DNA of 64,000 bases from Vicugna vicugna (Eukaryota): the NCBI GenBank assembly GCA_013265495.1, contig MU058687.1:2792001-2856000 (forward strand). Direction: 5' to 3'. Of the stretch, positions 1 to 13,800 are shown in pieces (position 1 is the first letter of the stretch; every line of letters starts with the position of its first letter). The translations under genes were made by a program, and so were the position numbers. The notes below the pieces were generated by a model. That model was not told the DNA's origin, ran no database searches, and saw only the letters and a program-made list of their open reading frames with translations.

Positions 1-276
1 CATACAACTCCCCCACTTGGGACTAGTGAGGTTCAAGGCTACTGCTTACCCTTCTATCCCCAAAGGCACCTAGAAGGCCCTAAATAAATGCTAATCAAAT
101 GAACATTTCTAGATGTAAATTCTTATCATTTTACTGGCAGTAAAACAATACGTGAATGTATCTGAATATTATTTATACCCTCCCTTGTTTCAGCAAGACT
201 TTGAGGTAGATGGAGATACAACATTCTTTCTTACCCACGAGCAGATGTAGAATAGTGCTTGGTGCATCCGCTAGTA

Positions 277-412
277 GAAAGAGCCAGTGCTTTAGAGTCA
301 AATGGTTCTGGGTTCAAATCCTAACTTGACCTTTTACAATGACTTTAAGTTGTTATTTCATCTCTCTTGGCCTCAGTTTTCCCATCTGTAAAATGGAGAT
401 AATAATTACCTG
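277..412 (+). mobile_element. MIR SINE, 5' part (continues at ~1016-1095 after an LTR insertion)
   Basis: MIR core ctgggttcaaatcc...cctcagttttcccatctgtaaaatggagataataa. Confidence 0.8.
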
Positions 413-1008
413 TGTAGCAGACATTGTTGATTATTATCCAATAACCACTGCTGCTTTCTTTCTCAGGGCCCTGATTTTTTTTTTTCCAGGGGTTTACCCT
501 CTCTTCTTATGCCTAGCATGGAGGAGAGAGGAATTCCAATTAGTCTAAATGAATCTTAGCATTCCATTCCTCTTGCCAATGATTCATTTTGGGATGGATC
601 TGGGCTCAGTTCTGGTCAACGAGATGTAGGGAGCAATCTTTTTGGGGTGTGTCTGGAGAGTTGTTCTTGGACATATTCCCTTGCTCTTAAAACATGAGAG
701 AAACAGTTGTCCTCCTGCAGCTGGGTGCTATGTCTGGACTGATGGCTAGGGCCACAGCAGCCATCTTGTTGTGATGAAGGCAACTACTCAGAGAGACAAG
801 CCGGCATACTAAAGATGATAGAATGGAGCTGTGGAAAGAACCCAGGTCCTGGTGGCACCATTCAGCAGCTGGATTATCCTGCCCTGGAGCCACCCACCTC
901 TGGACTATTCCCTGAGATCATCAATCCCTTCCTTGTTCAGTGAGGGATCCCTGGCTCTATCCAGTATTGCTGAGGTTGCTGTTACTTGAAACTAAAAGGA
1001 TTCTAACG
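413..1008. mobile_element. Old ERVL-class solo LTR (LTR16/LTR33-like) nested in the MIR
   Basis: Starts tgtagcagac; contains gcagccatcttg, tggaaagaacccaggtcc and gttacttg-type motifs typical of LTR16/33; MIR resumes afterwards. Confidence 0.6.
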
Positions 1009-2369
1009 GATCAACTTCACAGAGTTGTGGTGATGACCAAATAAAATTAAATTGGTAAAGTACTTAACACAGGGCCTGGCACATGTTAGGTTCTTATCAA
1101 AGATTAAAGACTTTCCTGCTGAGACATTCTGAGGTGAATGCATGAGTGAACTCTGAAACATGGCAGATGGTAACGAAGTAAGGTTCAGAGCAGTGCAGGG
1201 GTTGGGTCCTGCAATGACAACAAAGATGACAATGACAGTGAAATTCAAACATCATGTTAGGAAGCATCCTGATGGAGCTTCCTGGGGCTGTAACGATGGT
1301 TTTCTTTTGCACTTCTCAGGCCTCTTCTTACCCCACCGGTCAGAGTCAAACACTGCACGACACAGGCTTTTCTAGTTGTGGGCGGCCACACTGGTGCAGT
1401 CGGGGTGGTCCCTGATTACCCTGGGGCATGGAAGCCTGCTTCAGGATGGAGGCTAGAGTGTAATTTGTAGCTCCAGGAGGAGCCAAGATTTGGAAGCAGA
1501 ACTAACATACCCACACCACGTAGAACATGGCCTGCCACTGAGAAAAACACATGACATCCACCCCCTCTGAGAGGGCCCAGAGAGGCCCCGAAGACTTCTG
1601 CAGCTCAGCAAGGCCTGCCTTTGGGGGCCTTGGGGCTGGGCGTCCTGCCTGGCTTTTGGCCGGCTGACCAGGCCAGAGTTTTCCTCCCTGCCAGCCCCCC
1701 GGCCCTTCTGAACCTGGTTCCAGGAGAATTCAGCCACACTGGTGTCAGCCAGGCTCCTGTCCGCCCAGCTGCGTGGGCGGCCCTGGCAATGAGGCACGGA
1801 GCAGGGTTTGTGCAAGGACATTGTGGCCCCTGCAGCAGGGTCATGGGGGAGGTGGTGGCTCACTTCAGGGGCAAGCCAGGAGGGAACCTGGAGGAGGTGA
1901 GGAACAGAAGCTACAGACTCAAGGCAGCTTCAGCTCCCTTCTCAAAGGCCCTCTTCACCTTAGAAGCTGATTCCAGGCCCTCTTTCTTTCCAACTGCCCT
2001 CTGACTGTTTACTGCCTGACTGGCCCCTCCTTGCCCAGCCAGGTTCAGCACAGCCCTGCTCCTCAGTGCTGACATTCAATTCCATCCACCAAATATTTAT
2101 TTAGAATGATCTATGGAAGATGTCTTATACCTGCTAGAGACCAGCGGTGGGGGGGAGGTGGCAGGGAGAGATACAAAGAACATTAGAGTAGAAAGGACCT
2201 CAAAATGGTTTTCAAACTTCTCTCAGCCTCAGAAACTTCCCCCACATCCCTCACAAAAACCCAGGTATTTAAGAAAGAATAAAGGTAAAATTGCTATAGT
2301 TTAATCCGGGCAAGGCCCTATCTACTCAAGCCAAAGGCAGACTCCATGGACTAAGTCTGAAAAGCCCTG

Positions 2370-2500
2370 ATTTAGACCAGAGAGGAAACTGAGGCCCAGA
2401 GAAGAGAAGTGACCTCCCCGAGACACACTGCAAGTTAGTGGCTCAGCCAAGTTCAAATTTAGGTGTCCCAGCACCTGGCCCAGTGCCCTATCCATTATAC
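2370..2500 (-). mobile_element. MIR SINE
   Basis: gaggaaactgaggcccagagaagagaagtgacc, reverse MIR core. Confidence 0.7.
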
Positions 2501-4814
2501 TGCCCTACCCTTGGCACTTATCTCAGCGATCTGCTGGGAAGATGAAGCTAGTAAACCTGGAATAGAAGGCATGTGCTACAGGCCAGTTAAAGAGTGATGG
2601 TTCCAACTTGGGGAGAGTAGTCTTCACGGCAGAGGTGCGGGAGGCTGGACCTAGATCATGCCGGGCAGGGTGTGACCTGGAGCAGGGCAGGATGTGGTGG
2701 GCAGTTGGGTGGTGGGAAAAAAGCAATTCCAGGCCCTGGAGAACATGTTCGGCTAAAGCCTGAAGAAAGCCTGGCAGCTCGGAGACCTGGGTTCCAGCCC
2801 CAGCTCTGCCATTAAACTAGCTGACCCTGGGCCAGTGGCCTCCCTTGTCTGGGTTTGTTTCCTTACATGTAACATGGCAGAGGGGTTGAGCTAGCTGGTC
2901 CCACTGTGACATGACGTGATGCCTTGTCCCCTTCCAGGAGGCTCCCTGCCCCTCCCCACCACCACTGCCAACGTCACCACAAGGACACTCCCCAGTGTGT
3001 GCCTGGTGGCTGGAATTGACACCAAGAGGAAGTGTCCCTGGGTGCCCCATCAGAGCAGCACGGAGCTGGGAGGCCTGCTCAAGGGGCCCGCCTAGAGGTT
3101 TGGGGAACAGTGACAAAACATGAGAAGGCAGGAACCCAGGCAGAACTGGGGGAAGAACCATTCCTCTTTGGGGAAGGATTCTTTCCAATCCAGCCCTCTC
3201 TGGAGGCCCAGGCTTCAGCCAGTGCCTTCTCCCCCTGCCCCGCCCCCCGCCATGCCCACCACATTGGAGCAGAAAGAGAAGCTCTGGAAGGTGGCCACTT
3301 AACAGCCCCAAACCTCAATATTCTTGTTTTTCAAATGAGGCCAAAATAGAAATGTAGCATTCTTATCTGTAAATTGATCATTTCAGTACCTCAGAGGATG
3401 AAAAGAGATCTTGCTTTCCAAGTGCCTAGCATGGTGCCTGGTGTAAGAACCACTCAGTAAATATGAGATCCCACGTATTGCCGGTGGCGGGGTGGCCTGC
3501 TGAGGAAGACCGCACAATGTGAAGGCTCCTGACATTGAACAAGCTGGTTCAAGTAGGGCCCCAGTATGTGTAAAACATGCTCAATCACAGGAGACTCGTG
3601 ACCATCACCTGGAGAGGTTGGTGAGAAGCCGACCAGAAACAATGTATGTGCGCCCCCTGCTGGCCGGGAGCAAAGGTACAGGCCTGCCGGTTCAGGCGGC
3701 CTGGGGCGCGGCAGGAGGATCCTTGTTCACACAGCCTGCTGCTGCCTGGTAGGTGGACCCAATATTCGCAGACACCCACCAGGTGTCACTCACCTGGCAA
3801 TGTGCCAGCCTCAGTAGGGATGCCTGACAGTGATGACAGACAAAATGAGTGGCAGGTAAGCTAAGTTTTTGGAGCCAATTAGTTTTAGTCAACCAGGCAC
3901 AGGCTCAAACCCCAGCAACCGCCTGTTTCGAATATAGCCGTGAGCACAGCTCCTTGCCTCTTGGACTTGTCGTGTGTGGAGTGACCTTGGACAGGCCACA
4001 TAATCCCTCTGAGCTGCGGTTTCCTCATCTGCAACACGTACGTCTTCTCGACCCTTCCCCCATACCAGAAGGTAGAGACCCTAGGGTGGGTCAAGGACCC
4101 TGTCATTTGGGGGGAGTTGAAAGTCACAACCAACAGCCATGTCTTCTCAATGGACACTGCATCCCTTTGAACCTGGACTGTTACTCTGGTTCATTCGGAA
4201 GGGACCCTGTCAGGCTCCTGTGACATGCCAGGCTCCCCAGGCTCTCTCAAACCCACCAGGTCCCCCAGCAGACCCCTGGCTCCAGGCCCTTCTGCTCCAG
4301 GATGATGATGGGGCTCTGACCTCTAATGAGAGGACTTTGAAGTGGATGTGTGCAGATCATGGGGACAGTGCTGGGATGGCTCACGCTGCAAGTCCCCACA
4401 CCACATTTTCCAGGCCACACTTGGGTTTTCCTCTTGAGTTAATTGAACTGGTTAGCCTCCCAGTGTCGCCTGGTGGGAGCCAGTTGCCTTCCCAGATCCC
4501 TGTTTCCTCCCAGACCACTTGGCGAATCCTGTCTCACTTGGTATGGCTTTGAGGGCTTGAGGAGGAGAGAGAAACATGTTCTCAATGAATTTTTATTAAC
4601 ATCCACCATTGCTACCACCATCAACATATTTCCACTCCCAGTGCCCTTTCCTGTAGATGTGCATGGATATGCACACACATACATGCACATTCACACAGAC
4701 ACACACAAAACAAAGGTGAGCGAGGGTTGGAAACCAGTTGATACCAGAGGAATGTTTTTCTCTGGGAATCCCACACAGAACTTACATTCTACTGTGTGTG
4801 TGTTGGGGGGGGCA

Positions 4815-5430
4815 CAAGACAGAAAAATAAATAAGCAAGTGACACAAACATGACATTTGATGGTAATGTGTTCAATGAAGAAAACCAAAACAGAAGAGGG
4901 GGTTTGGGTACCCGAGGATAGGGGGGTCAATTTTAAATGGAGTGGACAAGGAAGGCCTCATTAAAAAGGTGACAGTAAAGTAAAGATCTAAAGGAGGTGA
5001 GAGCATGGACCATGTAGTATTTGGTAAAAAAGGGTTCCAGGCAGAGGAAATGGTAGGTGCAAAGTCCCTGAGGCAGGAACATGCCTGGTGAAAGAAAGGC
5101 TGTCCTGGTGAGATCAAGGGAGGGGACTAGGACATGCAGTCAGAGAGGGAATGGAGAGGAGCAGGTGGTGTTGGGCTTCGTGGGCCATTGGGAGGACATG
5201 GGTGCTTACTCTGAGTGAGATGGGAGCCATTGGAGGGTAAGCAGACAAGTGACATCATCTCTTCTGCATTTGAACAGGATCATTGTGTCGGGGTATGGTG
5301 GGAGAGCAGGGGGACCAGGCTATTGGAGGGATGGAGGCAACGGGGTGGTGGCTGGGACCAGGGCCGTGGTGGCAAAGTTAGCGAGGAGGCATCCACTTCT
5401 GGATGGACCCTGAAGTTAGGGCCTGGGGCA
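4815..5430 (-). mobile_element. L2 LINE fragment
   Basis: Purine-rich L2 motifs (ggaaggcctcatt...ggtgaca, ttccaggcagaggaa...gcaaagtccctgaggcagga, gggagccattggaggg). Confidence 0.7.
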
Positions 5431-6325
5431 TGAGATGAGAAATCATCCGTTTTGATTTCTATAAATATTTCTCTTGCATATTTTGTTATTGATTCATAAG
5501 ATGTAGGAAGGAGTTGTGTTCATACACACAAACATGCCTGACACAACAACAAACAGGTGTCTGCTGCCGGCCCCCCTTCCCCAACGCCTAAGGTAAGAAC
5601 ACTCACACCCCATAGGGGGAATGGTGACAGTAGTTTTTCCCTCACAGGCATGTTGTGAGGACAACACAGGCAAAGCACTTAGCAAACTCTTTGGATTCAA
5701 TAAAAAGGAGCTATTTTTATTAAGGAAGTATGGTCAAGAGTCCCCCCCACACCCCTTTCCTAGCCCTTGTAGGTAATTTCAGTCCTCTTCTGAAAGTTCA
5801 GAAATTAGTAAGGAGGACATGACAAAGCTCTATTTAGATGAATGTGATGGGGAGAGGTTAATCAGGGTGGGCTTCCTGGAGGAGGAGCTTGGCTGACTTC
5901 TTTTTTCAAGGGAAGAAACTAAGGCTCTGTTACATTAAATAACTTGCCAAAGGTCACAAAGCTAGAAACTGGCAGAGAAGGACATCCATGCATTTCTGGC
6001 TCAGAAGCCACTGCTCTTAGCCAGGATGCTGCTATGGTGACAGACCATCCCCATCAGAGGAGAATGCTGGCCATTCACGTAGGGACCTGGGGCAAGAGGC
6101 TCTGAATGGCCATCACTCAGTCTGGGTGGAGCACAGGTATAGGAACCTTGGCTCGGCCTTGCTAATAATCACAGATTTCTGGTTGTGAGGCGAGCAGTGG
6201 GCCAGGCCCTATGCACCGGGTTTTAGAAGCATTTCATTTTACCCTGATTTTTCAGATCAGGGAACTGAGGTCTGACAAGGGTACCGGTCTTGCCTGTAAG
6301 TGTCGGAATGGAGACAAGAACCCAA

Positions 6326-6830
6326 GTGTTTCAGTTATATATGCTGCATAACAGTGGACTCGAGATGTTAGTGGCTTTGAACTGCAATGTACTATTTCTC
6401 ATGATTTTGTGAGTCAGGATTCAGGGCAGGGCTCAACCAATTAGTCCTTCTCTTCCTCGTGGTGTTAGCTGGGGTCATTCTGCATCTAGCTGGTGGCTGG
6501 ACTGGGAGGGACGGGTTGAGAAGTCTTATTTACATGTCTGCCACCTCAGCGCTCCTCTACGTGGCCTCCTCATGTGGCCAGCATGGTGGCTTCAGGGTGG
6601 ATGAATTTACATGGTAGCTGACTTTCAAAGGGATGAATGCAGAAGCTGCCAGGCTTCTTAGGGGCTAGCCGTGGGGCTGGTACAGCATCACTTCCACCCA
6701 GTTGTACTGGTCAAAGCAAGTCTCAAGGTTGGCCCAGATTCAGGAGGAGAGGAAACAGACGGCCCCTCTAGATGGACACAGCAACACACTTATCCTGGAA
6801 TGGGAGATGCTTGTGGCCATGATGGGAGCC
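6326..6830 (-). mobile_element. MLT1-family (MaLR) LTR
   Basis: tgtttcagttatatatgctgcataac...tagtggcttt...tctcatgattttgtgagtcagga; aagcaagtc...ggcccagattcagg. Confidence 0.7.
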
Positions 6831-7269
6831 CAATGACCATCTCCAGCCTCCCCACAGCCAGCCTTCCTCCCGTGCCTAATCCCAGGAATTTCTCATTTCT
6901 AGGGACTCGCCAAAGCCCCCACCACAAGGCACATGCCCTTGTTTTGTCTTACCTCACCCTTCAGCCCAATGACTTCATAAGAATTTATCTCATCTTGTTT
7001 CCTCCAGGGCAAGCACCATTTCCCCCTACTTCTGCGGCCCCATTGCCTGAATTAGCCTGAATGTGTCTTGTCCTCAGGACCCTAGAAGAACCTAACACGT
7101 GACTTGCCAGCAGTCAGCCACCTGAACAAGACTGGGTTGGATTTACCTTTGCAGAGCCAGCCCCAGAACCAAGTCTTCCCTGGGAAGAAGGGCTCCGTAA
7201 ACAGGACTTTCTGGCACCAGAATTCACATGCTTGGGCTTTGAACAAAGGAAAAGAGAGTCTTACTTCTC

Positions 7270-7860
7270 CAGGACCAGCAGCAGCAGCATTGCCTAGGAA
7301 TATATCTAGGATTGCAGACTTCCCACCCCACCTCCTGAACCAGAACATGAATTTTAAGAAACGCCCGAGGGACTCATATGCATGTTAAAGTTCGAGACAA
7401 CTGAGGTAGAGGTTCCCAAGGTAAAGAACAGGAACAGGCTGGGAAGACATCTGCTGAGGCCACCTGGAAGGATAAAGCGTGGGTCTCACCCTTGGCTGAT
7501 GCTTAGAATCACCTGTGGTGCTTTAAAAAAAACATCCTGATGCCCAGTGTGCACCCAGATCAGTTCAGTCTTAGATCCCTGGGGGCGGAGCCCAGGCATC
7601 AGAATTTTCTAAAAGCTCCTCTGGTGATTTCAATGTGCAGCCAGGGTTGGGAGCCACTGGTTTACAATATTTGTTCTTAAAGTGCACTCTGAGGACCATC
7701 ATCACCCCAATCGCTTGAGACACTAATTAAATATGCTGACTCCTGGGCCCCACACCAGGTTTTTGAGTCTAAATCTCCTGGGCTGGGCATAGGAATCCAC
7801 ATTTTTAACCATCTCCCTAGGTGATCTGAACGTGCACTGAAGTTAGAGACCATTGGTTGA
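7270..7860. mobile_element. Cluster of MER5-type hAT-Charlie MITEs
   Basis: Repeated agaatcacctg / ggtgatt(t)c..tgtgcagccaggttg motifs. Confidence 0.65.
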
Positions 7861-8099
7861 GGGCTATGAATAAGCGAGGACAATGGCAATGATGTTTTTA
7901 AATGCTACAAAGTATAATATGCAAAAATTAGGAAATATAGATAAGCAAAAATAGGAAGCAAAAAGATTTCCATACTCTTACTGCCTAAAGATAATTGGAG
8001 GCTCCCCTCGGCACCCACTCTAGAGAAAGGCAGGAGCCTCCCTCCCCAAGAGAAGCTGCCACCCATCGCCGGGCCGGCTGGGCTGTGTTCTGCTGGCAG

Positions 8100-8460
8100 G
8101 GTGGAGCCTGTCATCTGGCCTGGACAGAATTATTGCCTCAAATTACATGGTTGATTATCAATTACTTGTGTCCGTGTGAGAGCATGTGTGCGTGTGTGCA
8201 TAAGCGTCTTTGCAAATCATTAAGGGTCGTAATTCTGGATTATCGTTGATTAACGAGAGGGAGGCCTGGTTCCTCCAGCAGCCGGGATGGCAGCCCCGCA
8301 ATTATGTCCCAGCTGATCAGTAATTGGCGCATCACAAGATGATTTCTCGCTCTCGGCTGCCTCCTCCCAGCCTCTCCTGCCGTCTCCGCAATTAGCGCCA
8401 TTGCTCATTCCCTTTCAGCCGGGGCTGAGTTCAGAGACCTGCTTTCTGGCAAGTGGATGC
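8100..8460. promoter_or_regulatory. Candidate conserved non-coding enhancer (homeodomain-motif rich)
   Basis: Dense TAAT/ATTA and TGATT motifs, retained CpGs, no repeat signature. Confidence 0.5.
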
Positions 8461-10354
8461 GATGGGGCTGGCTTTGAAGACCACCACCCAAAGTGGGCAG
8501 TGATGGTGGTGTGGGGGGCTGTGGCAGAGGCACCATGGCTAGGGGTGGGGGTGGGGAGGGTGGAGCTGGCATGAACCTGAGCTTACTGAGAACTGGGGTG
8601 CCTGGGACTGTCTTAGCGGCCGTCAGCATCATCCTTCCCAGGAAGCCGTCTCCCACCACACAGACGGGGAAACTGAGACCCGGAGAATGAAAGTGACAAA
8701 TTAGGGGGGGAAAAATCCAAAACCAATAATTCAGAACAGCATACAACACGAATCTAACCCCACAGAACCAAGGATAGAGCAAAGTTATAGAAGGAGCCCC
8801 TCCCACCATCACACCCATCCTTGGGAGGCAGTTAATTTTCCTGAGCAATGCAAGCTTTTGTTCTCCAGACATTGCAAATAGAGACCCCAACTCCCTGGGC
8901 CAGGGGAAGGGGCCTAGGGGAAGTGCCCTGAGGAATTTGTGGTGTTAATTCAAGGCAGCAGCATCACCCACCTGGATTGTAGCAACGGCCTCCTGTTCCC
9001 CCACTTCTACGTGGGGGCCCCCATATCCATCACACTGAAGACAGAGGGATCTTTATAATGCCCGGTCTTCCTCCCAGTAAGATGCCCTCCCTCCACGCCC
9101 TGTCACTCGCTGTCACCCTCAGAATAAAGTCTGGGTGCCCAGTCTCCTTTCTTGCTCCACCCTACCTGCCCTCTCTGCCCAGCACAGACCCCTCAGTGCT
9201 CTAGCGACCTCCCATCACCTGTCCATCACCCGATCTGATCCCTCTACCTGGACCCCCTTTCCCCTCCTCTCATCGTCTTTCACCTGGGCACACACCTGTA
9301 GGGGAGGCCATGATGCTTATGCTCATATTCAGGCTCCACTGCCCAGAAAGGGGTTCTGCCCTCACTGGAGACCAGCCATGACAGAAGCAGAAACTTTAAG
9401 AATGACTTGACAGGGGTGCGAAAGGATGGTGAAGGCGGAGCTGTTCCGGAAACCTTCCACATAAAAGGCCCTCCCATGGCTGCAGAGCCACCGCTGTTTG
9501 TTTCTGAGCCTTGCAGCTGTCTTGGCCATTTTCATTTTTATCTACTTAGGGTGGTCAGCAGGTCATGGCAAGCAGGAGACGCGATGCTAACGACTCCGGC
9601 TCCACGTGGCGACCATTCAGGAAAAAAGCTGCAATGTTCTCTCTGCCACATTAATCAGAGAAACACATCAAGAGCTGTTGCGTGGAGACAGCTTTCCTCC
9701 CAGTCCCTGCCCTGCATACTAATCACCACCCCCTCCTGGCAGTGAGTCAGCTCAAAGCCAGTCAGGCAGTGAGGGAAGGCCAGAAATGCCCGCCCCATGC
9801 GACAGCCAGAGGGGCAGCTGCCATGCCCCCACCCCCAAGACACACACTGCACACTGTCATTGTGGCCCGGGCAGGTGGGGATAGCAAATTCTGGGAAAGT
9901 CCATCCAAATGCAGACCCTGGGCTACTGCCTTGAGTCTAGATCTTATCCAAGTCTACGGGAGGGAACTCTCCAGAAGCTGATCCCTGGACAGAGTCTGAG
10001 AAAAGCAAGAAGGGCCTCACTGCCAGGCACTTTGATAACAATGAGGCACAACTTTAGATGGTGAGTCACATGTGGCAGGCACACATGTAAGCCCTCTAGA
10101 TGGATTACTCAGTTCATCCTCATACAGCCTTATGAACTGGGTACCATTACAATTCCCATTGTGCAGATGAGCAGGGTGACCCAGAGAGGTTAAGTAACCA
10201 ACCCATGGTCACCCGGCTAGTAATACCAACTAGGTTTGAATTCCCGCAGCCATACTTGGAACCACTCCCCTCCACTGCCCCTCATTGTGCTACTAAGGCT
10301 CAGAGTCACCTGAGCTGGGAGTAACACCAGAAAGCCTCTGAGTGTCTCTCATGC

Positions 10355-10630
10355 ATGTATTCCTTCATTCACTCATTCATTCATATAGCAACTATGTTGA
10401 GCACCTACTATGTACAAGACACTATGCTGGGCACCAGGGAGACAAGGGGAAACAAAACAGACACAGGCTTGAAAGGAAGGCTGGCATCAGTTGAACATTT
10501 TCACACATTCATAGTAATTGCAAAATGTGGTAAGTGTCATGAGGAGAAGTACTGAGTCCTACAAAAGCATGTAGTAGAGGACAATCATCTCTCTTGGAAA
10601 GTCTGGGAAGGCTTCCAGAGGAACTGACAG
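10355..10630 (-). mobile_element. L2 3' end
   Basis: (cattc)n followed by ttgagcacctactatgt...ctgggcaccaggga. Confidence 0.75.
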
Positions 10631-10649
10631 ACGAGGGAATGGCTTACAC

Positions 10650-10840
10650 GAGTGCTTCTCAAAGTGTGGTCCCTAGACCGGCAGCATGAGCATCACCTGG
10701 GAACTTGTTAGCAATGCAGATTCTTGGACCTCACCCCAGACCTACTGCATCAGGGACTCTGTGGGTGAGGCTGAGAAACCTGTGTTTGAACAAGCCCTCC
10801 AGGGGATTCTGATGCATGCTCAAGTTTGATACCCACTGGT
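10650..10840. mobile_element. MER5A DNA transposon
   Basis: agtgcttctcaaagtgtggtccctagaccggcagcatgagcatcacctgggaacttgttag...gattctgatgcatgctcaagtttga. Confidence 0.85.
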
Positions 10841-13800
10841 TTGTGCAAAGGCCCAGAGGTGGGCAGGAGCAGGCACGCTGGGGCAACTGGAGGGAGGCTG
10901 CAGGTGATGGGGGGGCGAGGGACAGAGGGGCCCAAGATGAGCTGGACAGGGTTTGGGCTACCTTGGCCTTGTTGGTATCTTAAGCAGTGCAGCCTTGCAT
11001 CAGCTCCCATCACCAAGAAGCCCAGCCAGAGGGCTCCTGGGCCCTGGGGACTCTCAGGAGTAGCAGGTCACCTGAGTGTCCAGTCTGGCTGAGGTGAGAG
11101 GACAGGGGTAGCTAAGCCAGATGGCTTCTAGAGGACCTCAGTCACCTCATCTTGCCAATGTTTTGACTTCCAGGAAGCCCTGGTGAGATGATGAGTCCCC
11201 TTGCTGGGGAAGGGCCTTAGTCCTCAATGCTGGAAAAGGAACTTAGGATGGAAACGTCTCCTTATCCTCAAGAAGTATCTGGATCCCAGCTAGCAAGGAA
11301 GGCTGCATCTGCTGAGCAGAGGGTCACAAGGGGCCGTTTCTGCCTTTCTCAGGAGGCAACCCTGAAACACCACAGTAAAACATCACCAGCAGCAGGTGGC
11401 TATGACAAACTGGGTTGAGCGCTGGCTAGGTGTAGACATGGTAAGCAGCAGAAGCCAGGTTCATAGCAGGGGAGAGACTGGGTGAAGTTCCTTAAGTAGG
11501 ACTGGACCAACCGGACGTGGTCACATCTGCTTGCCAGAGGTGTCAGCCCAGAAATAGGTCAGGGTTGGTGATGACCAACTCTGAGTCAGGTGGCATTACA
11601 GAGTCCTGATCATGTGCTGAACACTGTACGAGGCCCTTTCACATATGCTTGCTCTCAGAACTCCCAGGCTTTCCAATTCCTCCTCCCGTCATTCAGTCCA
11701 CAGACACATGTCGATCATTTGTTTGGACATGGTGTGTGTCAGGCGGGGCGGTGAGCAGGACAGATGCAGTCTTATCCTTAGGGGCAGCCTAGTAGGAAGC
11801 AGATAAATACAAATGTTCCAGGAAAGGAGCTACCAGGTGTTTTGGGGCCAATTGTGAGATTTCTGAGTGTTTTTTTTTTAATTAAGGAACACTTCATTTC
11901 TTCAAGTGCCTGTAGCAGGGAGAAAGAAACCAGGAGAAAATGCAGCCTGCTAGAGATGCTGGCATTGGCTTTGTGACCAGTTACTATCAGACATCACTGC
12001 AAGAGCAGGTTGGGAGGGTGGGGGCTAAACTCATCAGAGGATCAGGTACTCTGCATCCCTCTAAGGATGGCCTGGCTAGTGTTTACCGCCGCCCCTTCCC
12101 CAGCTGGCCCACCTCTCCATAGTTCTCTTTCACAAGATGCTAAGGGAATTCCTGAATCTGCCTGCAGAAGAAACACCTCCGTCTTCTCTCCTAGTGTGGA
12201 GTCCTTCAAGCCTGACATTGGAGGCTGCAGGCTTTGGGGAAAGGTAGGGAGCAAAAAAATAGAGCATTTAAAAACATGTCCTTATTTCTCTTCCTGGTCT
12301 TCCCCATCTCCCCAACTGGCATCTGAACTTGTACTTCCCTTATACAGCTCTGAGGAAAGCACCATATGGTAGTTTCATCAGGCCCACAGACTGCTTTCCA
12401 TCCAGCCCACTCTGATTTCTTCCCAGCCGTGGGTCTGCAGAATGACCCATCATCCTGCATGAGGCATGTGGAGGAAGAGGGATAACAGGAACGGAGGAGA
12501 CACGCAGAGCACTAACCACCAGCCGGGAGCTGTTCTGATCACATGTGCGTTGCCGATTGCAACAGCCCTGGGAGTACCACATTCATCGACATCCCCATCT
12601 TCCAGGTGAAGAAACTGAGATGCAGAGGATTCAGAGACAGTCCCAAGATCACATGGCTAGTGGTGGCAGAGCTGGGATCTGAGCCACACACACTAACCAT
12701 CAGACTTGGCTGGTTTGCTATGATGAAAAACCCAATCTTGGCTAAAAGATGTTGGCACAAAGGGAAGAGAGTTTAGAAGAGGTCCTACCCATTTGGCCAG
12801 GAAGGGGGGATGCCAGAGGAAAAGTTAATAAACCCATGAGAAAGGGCAAGGCCTGGCTGACCCGTCTCCAGCAGAGCAGGGTCTGAGTTCAGTAAGTGAA
12901 GCCAGCACAAGCCAGAAAGCACTGGGAGGACTGGGAAGCAAGGAGGCCCCCCTGGAGGCAGCCCCATTGGAGAGCTGTTTAGGTAGCAACAGGAGCTTTT
13001 AGGAAAGTCTGGAGGCTGGTGTCCCCCTTGGGTTCCTTGCCCAGCTTAGGTCCTTATCACTGGCCCCTCCATCACTCTTTCCTCTGATCCCTGGGAGTGA
13101 GTGACAAGCACACCCTCCCTGAAGCCTGCCCAGCAGTGAGGCTGTCCCAGGTGTGGTGAGTATGAGCGGCCCTTTGGGGCAGAGGGACCGGGGCACACGT
13201 CCTGGCTCCATGTTGGCAGGGCGGCTAAGTCACCCCCACTCCATGTCTGTGAGCCTCGCCTATGGGATAGTGTGGTTAAGAGGTGTGAATGAGCAAAGTG
13301 TCAAGAACCTAGGCAGGCTCCTGGCACAGAAGAAGTGTGTGACCCATGTGTCCTGCCCCACTTCCCTGTCTTTCCTTCTAGAGCAAAGAAGGAAGCAAAG
13401 GCTGCTGGGCAGCAGGGGCTGGGCCCTCAGTTGGCCTGGCTGACACACAGTCTCCAGGACAGACGGGCTCCTCCATCAGAGCAGAGCCCTGGAGAGCTGC
13501 AGCTCTGGCCCAGGCCGGGCAGGTCGAGTGGGCAGTGCCAGGCCAAGTAGGGAGCTGAGGGGCCCTGGCTTGGCACTGGGGATGGTCCTGCCCGGATTCC
13601 TTTCACAGCAAAGTTGCTTCCATCCAGAGGCCAGTGTTCTAGGAGTTGGGGCCTGGCCTTGCTGGCTAAAGTCCCCATCGGCATGCCAGTGGGGCTCGCG
13701 GCAGGAGACAAAGTCCTTTTCACCATCCTCTAGGATGGAGCCATCAGCTGGTGGGGGTGGGGGTCCCTAGAGAAAAAGGAGCTTTAGCTGACACAGCTCC

